Numbered from the stretch's first letter, positions 19,460 through 29,278 are shown. The stretch is DNA of 64,000 bases from Planctomycetota bacterium (GCA_038212275.1 JBBQUR010000012.1:64001-128000), one strand, 5' to 3'. The notes: generated from the sequence alone by a model not told the origin. Made by a program: numbers and translations.

Positions 19460-21303
19460 AGGATCTCCGGCACGCAGGCGCTGCCCACGGCGGATGGGCA
19501 CACGCGCAGCACTTCGGGCACGGTGGTCAGGCCCGCGAGCACCTTGGCGCGGCCGTCGTCGGCCAGGCTGCGCGCGCCCTGCTGGCGGCCGTATGCCGCC
19601 AGCTCGTGCTCGCCGCCGCCCTTCGCCAGGATGTCCTGGCAGGCGAGGTCCACGAGGAAGATCTCGTAGAGCGCGAGCCGCCCGGAATAGCCCGTGCCAC
19701 GGCACGCCCGGCAGCCCTTGCCTTCGCGGACCATGCGCGAGGCGGCGCCGGCCCCGAGAAAGGTGGCCTCGATCGGCGTGGGGGCGCGCTCGACACCGCA
19801 GCTGCCGCACACGCGGCGCACGAGGCGTTGCGCCATCGCCCCGGTGAGGCTGCTGCCCAGCAGGTAGCGGTCCACGCCCAGGTCGAGCAGGCGCGTGATG
19901 ACGCCGACCGCGGAATTCGTGTGGATGCTCGAGAGCACGAGGTGACCCGTGAGCGACGCTTTCAGCGCCGTGTCGGCCGTCTCCTGGTCGCGGATCTCGC
20001 CCACGAGGATGACGTCCGGATCCTGGCGCAGCGCGGAGCGCAGGCCGTCCTTGAAGTGGTAGTCGATCGCCGGATCCACCTGCGACTGGCGGATGAGCGG
20101 CAGCTGATACTCGACCGGGTCCTCGATCGTGATGATCTTGCGGGTCAGGCTGTCCACGGCGAGCAGCAGCGCGTAGAGCGTGGAGGTCTTGCCGCTGCCC
20201 GTCGGGCCCGACACGAGCAACATGCCGTTGGACTGCCCGATGATGCGCTGCAGCGTCTCGCGATCGTCGCCCGCGATGCCGAGGTCGTCCAGGTTCAACG
20301 AGATGGTGGAGCGATCGAGCACGCGCAGCACGGCGTTTTCGCCGTGGCACGTGGGCATGATCGAGACGCGCAGGTCCACGCGCCCGTTCGCGCGCTGGAT
20401 GCCGATGCGGCCGTCCTGCGGGAGGCGCCTCTCGGTGATGTCGAGGTCCGAGAGGATCTTGATGCGGGCCATGACGCCGGCGCCCGCCTCGCGCGACAGG
20501 CTCTCGCCCTGCTCGAGCAGGCCGTCGATGCGGTAGCGCACGCGCGTCAGCCCTTCCTCGGGCTCCACGTGGATGTCGGTGGCCGCGTGCCGCAGGCCTT
20601 CCTCGATGATCGCGTCGGTGAGCGCGACGACGTCATCCTGGATACCCTGCTCCTCGACGTCGTTGGCGCCCTCGGTTCCCGCGCCGTCCGGGGCGCGCGC
20701 GTCCAGGTGCCGGCGGATGGCCGAGGCGATGTCGCGCGGTGCGGCCGCCACGACCTGGATATGACGCCAGAAGCGGCGCTTGATCGCATCGATGGCCAGG
20801 ATGTCCACCGGCCGCTCGAGCGCGACGACGACGGTGTCGCCCTCGCGGCGCATCGGGAAGACGCCGTGCTGCCGCGCGAAGTCCGCCGGCATCTCCGCGA
20901 GCAGTGCCGGGTCGGGCGTGAGCGCCGCCAGCCGCACGAAGGGGATGCCGAGGTCGTCGGCGCGGATCTCGGCCAGCGTCTCCGCGCGCATGAAACCCAT
21001 GCTCACGAGGACCGCGCCGAGCTGCTCGCCGCTGCGCTGCTGCTCCTGCAGCGCGGTGCGGAGCTGCGCCGGGCTGATGAGTCCGTCGCGCATCAGGCGT
21101 TCGCCGAGGAGCAGTCGTTCGGTGTGCTCTCCCGCGGTCACGGCACTCGCCAGCGGTGCAGGTGACACGATGCCCGGTGCCGGTACGCCCGTGTGCGGTA
21201 CGCCCGTGTGCGGTACGCCCGTTTGCGGCTTGCCGGGTTGCGGTGCGCTGCGTTGCGGTGCGCCTGGCGGAGAGGCGCCGGACTTCGGGACGTCGATGGG
21301 CAT
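19456..21303 (-). CDS. GspE/PilB family assembly ATPase
   Basis: MshEN-like LLGERL, ATDIHVEP, ERRLPQDG, GPTGSGKT, IEDPVEY, LRQDPDVILVGEIRD, two CxxC pairs. Confidence 0.95.
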   Translation of the reverse strand: MPIDVPKSGASPPGAPQRSAPQPGKPQTGVPHTGVPHTGVPAPGIVSPAPLASAVTAGEHTERLLLGERLMRDGLISPAQLRTALQEQQRSGEQLGAVLVSMGFMRAETLAEIRADDLGIPFVRLAALTPDPALLAEMPADFARQHGVFPMRREGDTVVVALERPVDILAIDAIKRRFWRHIQVVAAAPRDIASAIRRHLDARAPDGAGTEGANDVEEQGIQDDVVALTDAIIEEGLRHAATDIHVEPEEGLTRVRYRIDGLLEQGESLSREAGAGVMARIKILSDLDITERRLPQDGRIGIQRANGRVDLRVSIMPTCHGENAVLRVLDRSTISLNLDDLGIAGDDRETLQRIIGQSNGMLLVSGPTGSGKTSTLYALLLAVDSLTRKIITIEDPVEYQLPLIRQSQVDPAIDYHFKDGLRSALRQDPDVILVGEIRDQETADTALKASLTGHLVLSSIHTNSAVGVITRLLDLGVDRYLLGSSLTGAMAQRLVRRVCGSCGVERAPTPIEATFLGAGAASRMVREGKGCRACRGTGYSGRLALYEIFLVDLACQDILAKGGGEHELAAYGRQQGARSLADDGRAKVLAGLTTVPEVLRVCPSAVGSACVPEIL

Positions 21304-21499
21304 GCAGCCTCTCGGGGTGTGCGGTCGCCGGATGCACGCACCGTGCAGGTCAGGGCGCGTCGTGTTCCGTCTTCGTCGGCGCGTGTCGTGCAGCTTGAGG
21401 CGGCTTGACGCTCAAGCGCCGATCCCCGCGCGGTCGAAGCTTCCCCATGAGCGCCGCTCTCTTCTGCGCCGCGCTCGCGAGACCTCGGATGACTCCGCC

Positions 21500-22975
21500 A
21501 TGAATCAGCATCGTTTCCGGATCCGGCTCGCCCGGGCTTTGCTGGGCACGCTTGCCCTGGGCTTGCCCGCGCTGCTGTCCGCCTGCGAGGCCGCGTCGAA
21601 GGGCACGTTGCCGCCCGAGACCACCGTGACGCTTCACGACGAGGCCGTGGCGCGCTGGCAGGACGCGGCGCCGTCGCCTGGTCCCATCGTGCCGCGCAAG
21701 CCGGATGTTGCGTACGCGGCGGATGCCGGCCCGGGCGCGGTGGTCGCCATCGCGCCGATTCCGGTGCTCTTCGCAGACCCGACGCCGCGCTCGCTCCAGC
21801 TGCGCGATGCGGAGCTCGGCCAGGCGCTCCGGCTCATCGCCGGCACGGGCGGCCTGAACCTGGTGCTCGACGGCGACTTCAGTCAGCCCGTGGACCTGGA
21901 CCTGCCCGAGCTGCCGCTGCAGGCCGCGTTCGAGCTGCTCGTGCGGACCTATGGCTGCACCGTCTCCCAGGCCGACGGCGTCGTGCTCGTGCAGCGCGAG
22001 GATCCGGCGCGCGTCGAGACGCGCGTCTACTCGATCCTTTCCATCTCGGCGGCCTCGCTGCAGCCGGAGCTGGTGCCGATCGTCGGCGCGAACGCCCTCG
22101 TGGTGAATCCCGCGCGCAACGTGATCCTGGTCACCGCGCCGCAGGCGAAGCTGCGCGAAGTCGAGGCCTACCTGGCCGCGGTGGATCGCCCCGACCAGCA
22201 GGTGCTCATCGAAGCGCGCATCCTCGAGGTGAACCGCAGGAAGCTCGAGGAACTCGGCACGCGCATCGCCTTCAACGACATCTCGGTGGGGGACGGCACG
22301 GCCACGCTGGTGTCCAGCCTGCTCACGCCCAACCAGCAGGTGCTGGGCACGATCGTCAATTCCGACGGCAGCTTCGATGCGGCGATCAATGCGCTGAACA
22401 GGCTCACGGGGCTCGAGGTGCTCTCGCGTCCGCGTCTGCTGGCGATGAACAACCGCGAGGCCAAGCTCGACATCGTCACGCAGATCCCCTACGTCAACGC
22501 CACGACGACGACCGCGGGCAGCCTGACGGGCACGGGCACGCAGACGATCCAGACGGTGGAGTTCGAGGATGTGGGTCTCAGGCTCGCGGTGACGCCGACG
22601 ATCATGGATGGCGGTCTCATCGGCCTGCTCATCGATCAGGACGTCAGCGAGATGGTCGGCTCCTTCCAGGGCGTGCCCATCATCGACAGCCGGCACATCA
22701 CGACGGGCTTCCTCGTGCGCCAGGGCGAGACCATCCTGATCGGCGGCCTGCTGAAGGACCGCCACACCGACACGACGAACGGTGTGCCATACCTCATGGA
22801 CCTGCCCCTCATCGGCCAGGCCTTCCGCAACGACAGCACCGAGACCGAGCAGACCGAACTCATTCTGCTCATGACGCCGTGGCTGGTGGACTCGCACACG
22901 GGGCAGGCGGTCGAGGTCGCGAGCGTCGCCGTCGCGCCGCCGGCAGCGGCCGCTCGCGATGCCGCTGCTCGCTGA
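21500..22975 (+). CDS. Secretin (GspD/PilQ family), lipoprotein-anchored
   Basis: Lipobox LSAC; QVLIEARILEV, VGLRLAVTP, GETILIGGL, GVPYLMDLPLIG, ELILLMTP. Confidence 0.92.
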   Translation: MNQHRFRIRLARALLGTLALGLPALLSACEAASKGTLPPETTVTLHDEAVARWQDAAPSPGPIVPRKPDVAYAADAGPGAVVAIAPIPVLFADPTPRSLQLRDAELGQALRLIAGTGGLNLVLDGDFSQPVDLDLPELPLQAAFELLVRTYGCTVSQADGVVLVQREDPARVETRVYSILSISAASLQPELVPIVGANALVVNPARNVILVTAPQAKLREVEAYLAAVDRPDQQVLIEARILEVNRRKLEELGTRIAFNDISVGDGTATLVSSLLTPNQQVLGTIVNSDGSFDAAINALNRLTGLEVLSRPRLLAMNNREAKLDIVTQIPYVNATTTTAGSLTGTGTQTIQTVEFEDVGLRLAVTPTIMDGGLIGLLIDQDVSEMVGSFQGVPIIDSRHITTGFLVRQGETILIGGLLKDRHTDTTNGVPYLMDLPLIGQAFRNDSTETEQTELILLMTPWLVDSHTGQAVEVASVAVAPPAAAARDAAAR

Positions 22976-25136
22976 ACGGCCGGCCGTCCGCACGCGGCTT
23001 GCCCGCGTCGTGTTTCCCGAGGCCTGGGCGCCGCGCCTGACGCTGCTGGTGGCCACGCTGCTGGTCGCGGTGTTCTGGGTGGTGCCCGGCCTGCTCCTGC
23101 CGATGGAACTGGTGCAGGATGCCTCCGGGCATCTGGCAGCCGCGCAGACGCTCCGCGATGACTTCCTGCCGGCGATCTCCGGCTGGAACGCGCACTTCTT
23201 CGCGGGCTTTCCGCAGGACCGCGCCTATCCGCCCCTCGCGCACCTCGTCATCGCGCTGCTCGGCCTGGTGCTGCCGCTGGGCCTCGCGCTGCGGGTCGTG
23301 CTGGCGGCGGCGGTGCTCGCCACGCCGGCCGCGGCCGCCGCCTTCGCGCGCAGTCGCGGCGTGGGCGCGGCGCGTGCCGCGCTCTACGCCCTCGTCGTGA
23401 CGGCGCTGCTGTGCGTGACGCCCGACGGGGACGCGATGCTGCTCGCCGGCAGCTTTCCGTCGCTCTACAACACCGGACTGACGGCCAACGCCGTGGCGCT
23501 GCCGCTCATGCTGCTGGCCGCCGCCGCTCTGCCCCGCGCGCTGACGAGCCGGCGCGGCACGCTGCGCGCGGCGCTGCTCGTCTCGGCGGCGGCGCTCACG
23601 CACCTCGTCTGCGGGCTGGCGCTCGTGTTGCTCTGCGTCTGCGAGACGGCCGTGCTCGTGAGTCGAGGCGGCCGGTCAGCGCGTCGCGTCCTGTGGGCGG
23701 CGAGTCGGCTCGCGCTGGCCTGCGCGGCGCTGGCAGCGGGCTGGCTGGCCGGCTTCGTGAGCGAGTCGGGCCACGGGGGTGTCGCCTTCATCCCGTCGCT
23801 CACCCCGTGGTGGGTCGTGCTGCCCGTGGCGCTCGCCGCCGCGCTGCATCTCCGACGGCGCCTGGCGGGAGGCGCGCGGTCGTCTCGGTCGTCGCGATCG
23901 TCCCGGTCGTCCCGGCGACTGGACGGCACGCTGCTTTTCAGCATCGCGCTGCTTGGACTGCTCTTCGTCGGCGACGCCCTGCAGCTGCCGATGCACCTGT
24001 ACCGGCTGCACCTCTTCGTGCTGCTCGGTGCGGGATTGTGCAGCGTGGCCGCGCTGCGCGGGCGCCGCGTGCTCGTCGGCGTCGGCGTCGCGGTGGCTGC
24101 GCTGGGCATCGCGTGCTGCGTGAACGGTCCCCGGCCCGTCGACATGTCCTCGCGCGACGCGCTGGTGGTGCCCGCGGGCACGCCGCCGAACCGCGTGCTG
24201 GTGGCCGCGTCGCCGTTGCACGAGCCGACGGGACACTATCTGGAGCACGAGTATCCGCGTCGCGCCGGCACCGCCGGCCTGCTTGGCCTCTTCGTCGAAT
24301 CCACGCCGCTGGCGCGCTGGGTCGGAGACCTGACCGCGGCCATCGAACCCGACAGCAGCATCTGGGGCACGAGCTGGGATGTCGGCGCGGTGGCGGGCCT
24401 CTCGCAGGGGCTCATGCCTGAAGCGGTCGGGCGTGACGCGGAGGCCGCCGCGCGCGCCGTCGCCCAGGCGCGACGCTGGTTGCACGAGTTCGGCGTGGAC
24501 GCCGTGCTCACCGATCGACGGCTGCCGACGGCGCTGGTCGAGGCGGACGGCCCGGTGATCCTCCGCTTCCCGGCGCAGGGAGACACCGACGCGCGCTACG
24601 TGATCGAGGACGACGCCTACGTGTTCCGGTTGCTTGCCGTGGCCGAACCCGCGGAACTGGCGCAGCCGCTGACGTGCGCCCTGCGCGAGGTGCCGTGGAC
24701 CGGCCGCGCCGCGTGGGATTTCGCCGTGCGGGACTGGCTGCTGGCCGACGGCGATCCGGTGCGACCTGTCGCGGCGCGTGCGGGGCTCGATCTGTCGCCG
24801 GCGCCGCCTGAGGCGCGCGTCTCGAACTGCCGGCAGGCCGCGGGAGGTCGCGAGGTGCAGCTGCAGGTCGAGGCGCCCGCGGACGTGCCGATCCTGGTGC
24901 GCGTGGCCTGGCATCCCGGCTGGCGCGCCACCGCGGATGGTCGCGAGGTGCCCGTGGATCGCGTGGCGCCCGGCTTCTGCCTCGTGCGGGGTCGCGGGGC
25001 GATCCACCTGCACTGGGGACCGAGCGTGGCTGAAGTGGCGGCGAACGGGGTCAGCGGGGCGGCCCTGGCGCTGGCCTGTCTGTGGGCCGCCGCAAATCGG
25101 CTCAAGCGCGGTCGCCGGTTGAGTCGACAGCACTGA
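22959..25136 (+). CDS. Polytopic GT-C-like membrane protein (PTPS-related/YfhO-like)
   Basis: About 11-13 hydrophobic segments; DASGH, WNAHFFAGFP..YPPL loop; C-terminal WHPGWRATADGREVPV. Confidence 0.65.
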   Translation: MPLLAERPAVRTRLARVVFPEAWAPRLTLLVATLLVAVFWVVPGLLLPMELVQDASGHLAAAQTLRDDFLPAISGWNAHFFAGFPQDRAYPPLAHLVIALLGLVLPLGLALRVVLAAAVLATPAAAAAFARSRGVGAARAALYALVVTALLCVTPDGDAMLLAGSFPSLYNTGLTANAVALPLMLLAAAALPRALTSRRGTLRAALLVSAAALTHLVCGLALVLLCVCETAVLVSRGGRSARRVLWAASRLALACAALAAGWLAGFVSESGHGGVAFIPSLTPWWVVLPVALAAALHLRRRLAGGARSSRSSRSSRSSRRLDGTLLFSIALLGLLFVGDALQLPMHLYRLHLFVLLGAGLCSVAALRGRRVLVGVGVAVAALGIACCVNGPRPVDMSSRDALVVPAGTPPNRVLVAASPLHEPTGHYLEHEYPRRAGTAGLLGLFVESTPLARWVGDLTAAIEPDSSIWGTSWDVGAVAGLSQGLMPEAVGRDAEAAARAVAQARRWLHEFGVDAVLTDRRLPTALVEADGPVILRFPAQGDTDARYVIEDDAYVFRLLAVAEPAELAQPLTCALREVPWTGRAAWDFAVRDWLLADGDPVRPVAARAGLDLSPAPPEARVSNCRQAAGGREVQLQVEAPADVPILVRVAWHPGWRATADGREVPVDRVAPGFCLVRGRGAIHLHWGPSVAEVAANGVSGAALALACLWAAANRLKRGRRLSRQH

Positions 25137-25196
25137 TGACCACGACACCATGCGAGGTGCCGTCCCATGTGCTGTCCCTGATGAAGGAGAGTTGAA

Positions 25197-25766
25197 GTGA
25201 CCAATCCAAACCGACGTGCGGTGGGCTTCACGCTCATCGAGCTCATCGTGACGATCGCGATCCTGACCATCCTGGCGGGCGTGCTCATCCCCGCGGTGGG
25301 CAACTACACAGACAAGAGCAAGAAGGCCAAGGCGACGTCCGAGCTGCGCATCCTGTCGGACGCGCTCAGCGGCTACCAGACCGACTGCTCCGCGTGGCCC
25401 GGCAACACGGACATCACCACCGTGACGACCACGAACTTCGCGATGACCGGCATGCCCTGCATGTTCACCAACACCTTCGGCAAGACCGGATGGGACGGCC
25501 CGTATCTCTCCAAGGGCGTGATGGCCAGCGGCGCGATGAGCGTGGCTGTCGCCAGTGCGTCGGGTTCGGCGGGCGGCGGCCTGCTCGATCCGTGGGGCAA
25601 CCCCTACTACTGCTACACCTTCGCCAACGGCTACAGCGGCACGACGGGCGCCGTCGTGCTCCTGAGCCGCGGCAAGAACGGCGTGGCGAACACCACGGCG
25701 GCCAACATCTTCGCCAACCTGCCGACGTCCGACGACGTGCTCCAGGTCGTGACGTACAAGCCGTAA
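25197..25766 (+). CDS. Type IV pilin/GspG-like protein, probable major pilin
   Basis: VG/FTLIELIVTIAILTILAGVLIP, WDGPYL, DPWGNPY, SRGKNG; strong RBS AAGGAG. Confidence 0.92.
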   Translation: MTNPNRRAVGFTLIELIVTIAILTILAGVLIPAVGNYTDKSKKAKATSELRILSDALSGYQTDCSAWPGNTDITTVTTTNFAMTGMPCMFTNTFGKTGWDGPYLSKGVMASGAMSVAVASASGSAGGGLLDPWGNPYYCYTFANGYSGTTGAVVLLSRGKNGVANTTAANIFANLPTSDDVLQVVTYKP

Positions 25767-25772
25767 GCAGGC

Positions 25773-26630
25773 ATGTCCGGCGAGGCCACCGCCTCGGAGT
25801 CGGCGCCCGCGAGGGCGATCCGGGCATCCGCCGCACGCAGGCCCGCCGCCGGTTCTCCGGGGGCCGGAATCACGCTCAGTCTCGTGATTCCGGCTTACCG
25901 GGAAGCCTTGCGCCTTCCGTCGACGCTCGACCGCATCGCGCTTTTCCTGCCGTCGCTGGGACACGACTGCGAAGTCATCGTCGTGGACGACGGCAGCCCG
26001 GACGCCACGGCCGCCGTGGCCCGCAGCTTCAAGTCGCGCTTCACGACGCTGCGCGTGCTGCGCCACGAACGCAATCGCGGCAAGGGTGCGGCCGTGCGCA
26101 CCGGAGTGCTCGCGGCATCGGGCCGCTGCATCGCCTTCATCGATGCGGATCTCGCGGCGCCCGTCGACGCGCTGCCGCGACTGCTCGCAGCGCTCGGGCA
26201 GGGAGCCGATGTCGCCGTCGCGTCGCGCCGCACGCGCGGCGCGGACATCGCGCGCGCCCAGCCCGTGACTCGCCGCGTCGCGGGCTGGGCCTTCCGTCGG
26301 CTCGTCCGAGCCATCGTCCCCGTCGGCGTCTCGGACACGCAGTGCGGCCTCAAGGCCTTTCGCCGCGACGCCGCGCGGCTGCTCGCGCAGCGCTCCGGCG
26401 TCGACGGCTGGGCCTTCGATGTTGAGTGGCTCGCGCTCGCGCGCCTCGAGCAACTCCGCGTGGCCGAGATTCCCGTGCGCTGGTCGGACGACGCGCGCTC
26501 CGCGCTCGTGCTGCGCCGCGCCGCCCTGCAGATGTTCGGCGACCTGTGGCGCATCCGGGCGACGCTGCGCGCGCCGACGCCGGACCCGCTCGCCGAGCCG
26601 ATGGCGGCGTCCGTCGTTTCCGCCGGCTGA
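25773..26630 (+). CDS. GT2 polyprenyl-phosphate glycosyltransferase (DPM/DPG synthase-like)
   Basis: SLVIPAYRE, VVDDGSPD, NRGKGAAVRTG, DAD, DTQCGLKAF, FDVE. Confidence 0.92.
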   Translation: MSGEATASESAPARAIRASAARRPAAGSPGAGITLSLVIPAYREALRLPSTLDRIALFLPSLGHDCEVIVVDDGSPDATAAVARSFKSRFTTLRVLRHERNRGKGAAVRTGVLAASGRCIAFIDADLAAPVDALPRLLAALGQGADVAVASRRTRGADIARAQPVTRRVAGWAFRRLVRAIVPVGVSDTQCGLKAFRRDAARLLAQRSGVDGWAFDVEWLALARLEQLRVAEIPVRWSDDARSALVLRRAALQMFGDLWRIRATLRAPTPDPLAEPMAASVVSAG

Positions 26631-26700
26631 GCGGATTGCGCTGCCGTCGCGCAGCCGGCTGAGCGGATCGCGCCACCGTCGCGCCTCCGGCTGAGGGCCT
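26623..26700. repeat. 32-bp tandem duplication (2 copies plus partial) including the GT2 stop codon
   Basis: ccggctgagcggattgcgctgccgtcgcgcag / ccggctgagcggatcgcgccaccgtcgcgcct / ccggctgag. Confidence 0.85.
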
Positions 26701-26722
26701 CGCGCCGCCGGCGCGTCGTCGC

Positions 26723-27799
26723 TCAGTCCGGGCGCGTGCCGGCGAGTTCCAGGGCCCAGGCGCAGGCGGCACGCGCCACGTCGGTCGCGAAGGGCAGGTT
26801 CAGCGTGGCGGGCGTGTCGGACGGCTGGTGATAGTGCGGCGTGCGGAAGTTGGCCGTGTCCGAGAGCAGGATGGCGGGCAGGCCGACGTCCCAGTAGCTG
26901 GCGTGATCGGCGCGTCCCGCATCCGAGAACCAGCCGGCGATGCGCTTGAGGCCCCAGACGGACAGACCGGGAACGTAGCGGGCGGCGGCATCCTCGTAGT
27001 CGTCGGCGAGCGCGCTGGACGACCAGTTGCCGGCGAGGAAGACGAAGTCCGCGGTCTCCGGCATCCACGCGAGGAGCGGGATGCGCACCGGCGCGTCCTG
27101 GCTGTCGGGCTCGCTGCTCGCGTAGCCGATCATGTCCATCACGAGGGCGCCGACGAGGTGCTCGTCGGAGGCCGCGAGGGCCTTTGCGTGCGCCGCGCTG
27201 CCGTGCAGGCCGGTCTCCTCCGCCGCGAAGAAGCAGAAGCGCAGCGTGCGGTCGAGCGGCGCGTCGGCGCAGGCCTGCGCAATCGACAGCAGCGCCGCGA
27301 CGCCGGAGGTGTCGTCGTCCGCGCCGACCGTGCCGGGCACCGTGTCGTAGTGCGCGCCCAGTTCGACGACGCTGTGCGGCTCGCGCGCGCCGCGCCGCTC
27401 CGCGAGCAGGTTGACGTGCACGTGGTTGTCGATGCGGATCCTTCGCCAGCTGACCGTGGCGACGCCGCTCGCTCCGGGTGCGGGCTCCGTGCGCTCTTCG
27501 ATGAAGGGGTAGGTGGGGGCGACGAAAACTTCTTCGCGTACCTCGTAGCCCCAGCCGCGGAGTGGCGCGGCGAGCCGGTCCAGCGTGATGCGGCAGGCCG
27601 TCTCGTCGGACTCGACGCGCGGGCCATGCGCGGTGAGCGCGTCGACGTCCGCCGCGAAGTCCTCCGGCGTGATGCGCGCGATCCGTGCGGCGATCTCCGG
27701 GCGCGGCGGCGGCAGCGCGCAGCCCGCACCGAGCAGGGCCAGCGCCGCCAGCGCGGCGGCAGCGCGCCGTCGCGACCCGCGCTGCGCCTGCTCAAGCAT
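26723..27799 (-). CDS. M28 family aminopeptidase, lipoprotein
   Basis: Lipobox GAGC; GAHYD, GADDD, AEETGL, MDMIG, DH, YHQPSD. Confidence 0.9.
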   Translation of the reverse strand: MLEQAQRGSRRRAAAALAALALLGAGCALPPPRPEIAARIARITPEDFAADVDALTAHGPRVESDETACRITLDRLAAPLRGWGYEVREEVFVAPTYPFIEERTEPAPGASGVATVSWRRIRIDNHVHVNLLAERRGAREPHSVVELGAHYDTVPGTVGADDDTSGVAALLSIAQACADAPLDRTLRFCFFAAEETGLHGSAAHAKALAASDEHLVGALVMDMIGYASSEPDSQDAPVRIPLLAWMPETADFVFLAGNWSSSALADDYEDAAARYVPGLSVWGLKRIAGWFSDAGRADHASYWDVGLPAILLSDTANFRTPHYHQPSDTPATLNLPFATDVARAACAWALELAGTRPD

Positions 27800-29189
27800 G
27801 CGCGGCGGCCAGCTCGGCGAACTGAGCCTCGAGCACGGCGGGGCGGGAGTCACCGCCGCGCGCGGCGTTCTTCGCGGCCCACGCCGCATCCTCGTGGCGG
27901 CGCAGCACGCGGCCAGCGGCATCGACGCGGTCGTAGAACATGTTGCGTCGCGCCGGCGTGAAGCCCGCCGCGCGGATCTGGCTCTCGAGCAGTTCGATGG
28001 TCGCGAGGCATTCGCAGTTGGCAGCCGAGACGACGTTCTCCTCGATCATCACCGAGCCCATGTCGTTCATGCCGTAGTGCAGCGAGACGGCGGCGAGGTC
28101 GATGCCCTGCGTCACGAAGCTGGCCTGCATGCTCTGCACGTTGTCGAGGTAGAGACGCGACACGGCCGCGGTACGCAGGTAGTCGAAGCCGCCGACCATC
28201 GGCACCTCCGCCATGTCGGTGTGCGGCGACTGAAAGGTCCACGAGATGAAGGCCGTGAAGCCGGCGGTCTCGTCCTGCAGCTCGCGCACGCGGCGCAGGT
28301 GCTCCACGCGCTCGGCCGGAGTCTCGACGTGGCCGAACATCATCGTGGCCGTCGTGCGCAGGCCCTGGCGGTGGCAGACGCGGTGCACGTTGAGCCAGTC
28401 GTCGCTCATGGTCTTGAGCGGCGAGATGAGTCTGCGCACGCGGTCCACCAGGATCTCGCCGCCGCCGCCGGGCATGCTGTCGAGTCCGGCCGCGCGCATG
28501 CGCGCCACGATCGTGTCGAGCGGCAGCTTGCTCACGTGGCTGCAGTGCAGGATTTCGCTGGGTGACAGGCCGTGGATGTGAATCGGCTCGTGCTGCTTGA
28601 TCGCGCGGAAGAGTTCCTCGTAGCGCTCGATGCCGTAGTCGGGGTTGTGGCCGCCCTGCAGCAGGATCTGCACGCCGCCCAGCGCCTTCGTCTCGCGGAT
28701 CTTCTGAAGGATGGTCTCGATCGGGTGGTCGTAGCCCTCGGGGTCGCCGGGCCGCCGGTAGAAGGCGCAGAACTTGCACAGCGTCACGCAGACGTTCGTG
28801 TAGTTGATGTTGCGGTCGACGATGTAGCTGACCTCGCCGCAGCTCGGCGCGGACTCCGCGTCGAGGCGCGCCCCGTGCGTCCGCAGCGCGCCGGGCGCAG
28901 CCGTCGCACCGGGCGCAAGGCCCGCGCTGCGCGTCGAGCCCGCGCTGCCCGCAGAACCCGCGCCGCCCGCAGAACCCGCGCCGCCCGCAGGACCGGCGCC
29001 ACCCGCGGAATCGGATCCACTCACAGAGCCGGCGCCACCCGTGCGCGGCGGGTGGAAGCGGCGGCGCACGCGGTCCGCGAGGCGGCCGATGGCCGTGATG
29101 TCCGGGCAGCTCAGCAGGAAGAGCGCGTCGTCGTCGGACAGCTGGGCGCCGTCCGCGACCTTGGAGGAGATGCTGGCAAGTGTGGGCAT
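27792..29189 (-). CDS. mqnC: Cyclic dehypoxanthine futalosine synthase (radical SAM) with a Gly/Ala insert
   Basis: YIVDRNINYTNVCVTLCKFCAF, LLQGGHNP, QASFVTQG, DMGSVMIEENVV. Confidence 0.92.
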   Translation of the reverse strand: MPTLASISSKVADGAQLSDDDALFLLSCPDITAIGRLADRVRRRFHPPRTGGAGSVSGSDSAGGAGPAGGAGSAGGAGSAGSAGSTRSAGLAPGATAAPGALRTHGARLDAESAPSCGEVSYIVDRNINYTNVCVTLCKFCAFYRRPGDPEGYDHPIETILQKIRETKALGGVQILLQGGHNPDYGIERYEELFRAIKQHEPIHIHGLSPSEILHCSHVSKLPLDTIVARMRAAGLDSMPGGGGEILVDRVRRLISPLKTMSDDWLNVHRVCHRQGLRTTATMMFGHVETPAERVEHLRRVRELQDETAGFTAFISWTFQSPHTDMAEVPMVGGFDYLRTAAVSRLYLDNVQSMQASFVTQGIDLAAVSLHYGMNDMGSVMIEENVVSAANCECLATIELLESQIRAAGFTPARRNMFYDRVDAAGRVLRRHEDAAWAAKNAARGGDSRPAVLEAQFAELAAAHA

Positions 29190-29278
29190 GCGCGAAGCGT
29201 TATAACGTCCCGCATCGGAGGAGGCACGGGCTCGACCGGGCGCGGCCATCCGGCGAGGCGTCTAGCGGGAGCATCGTC

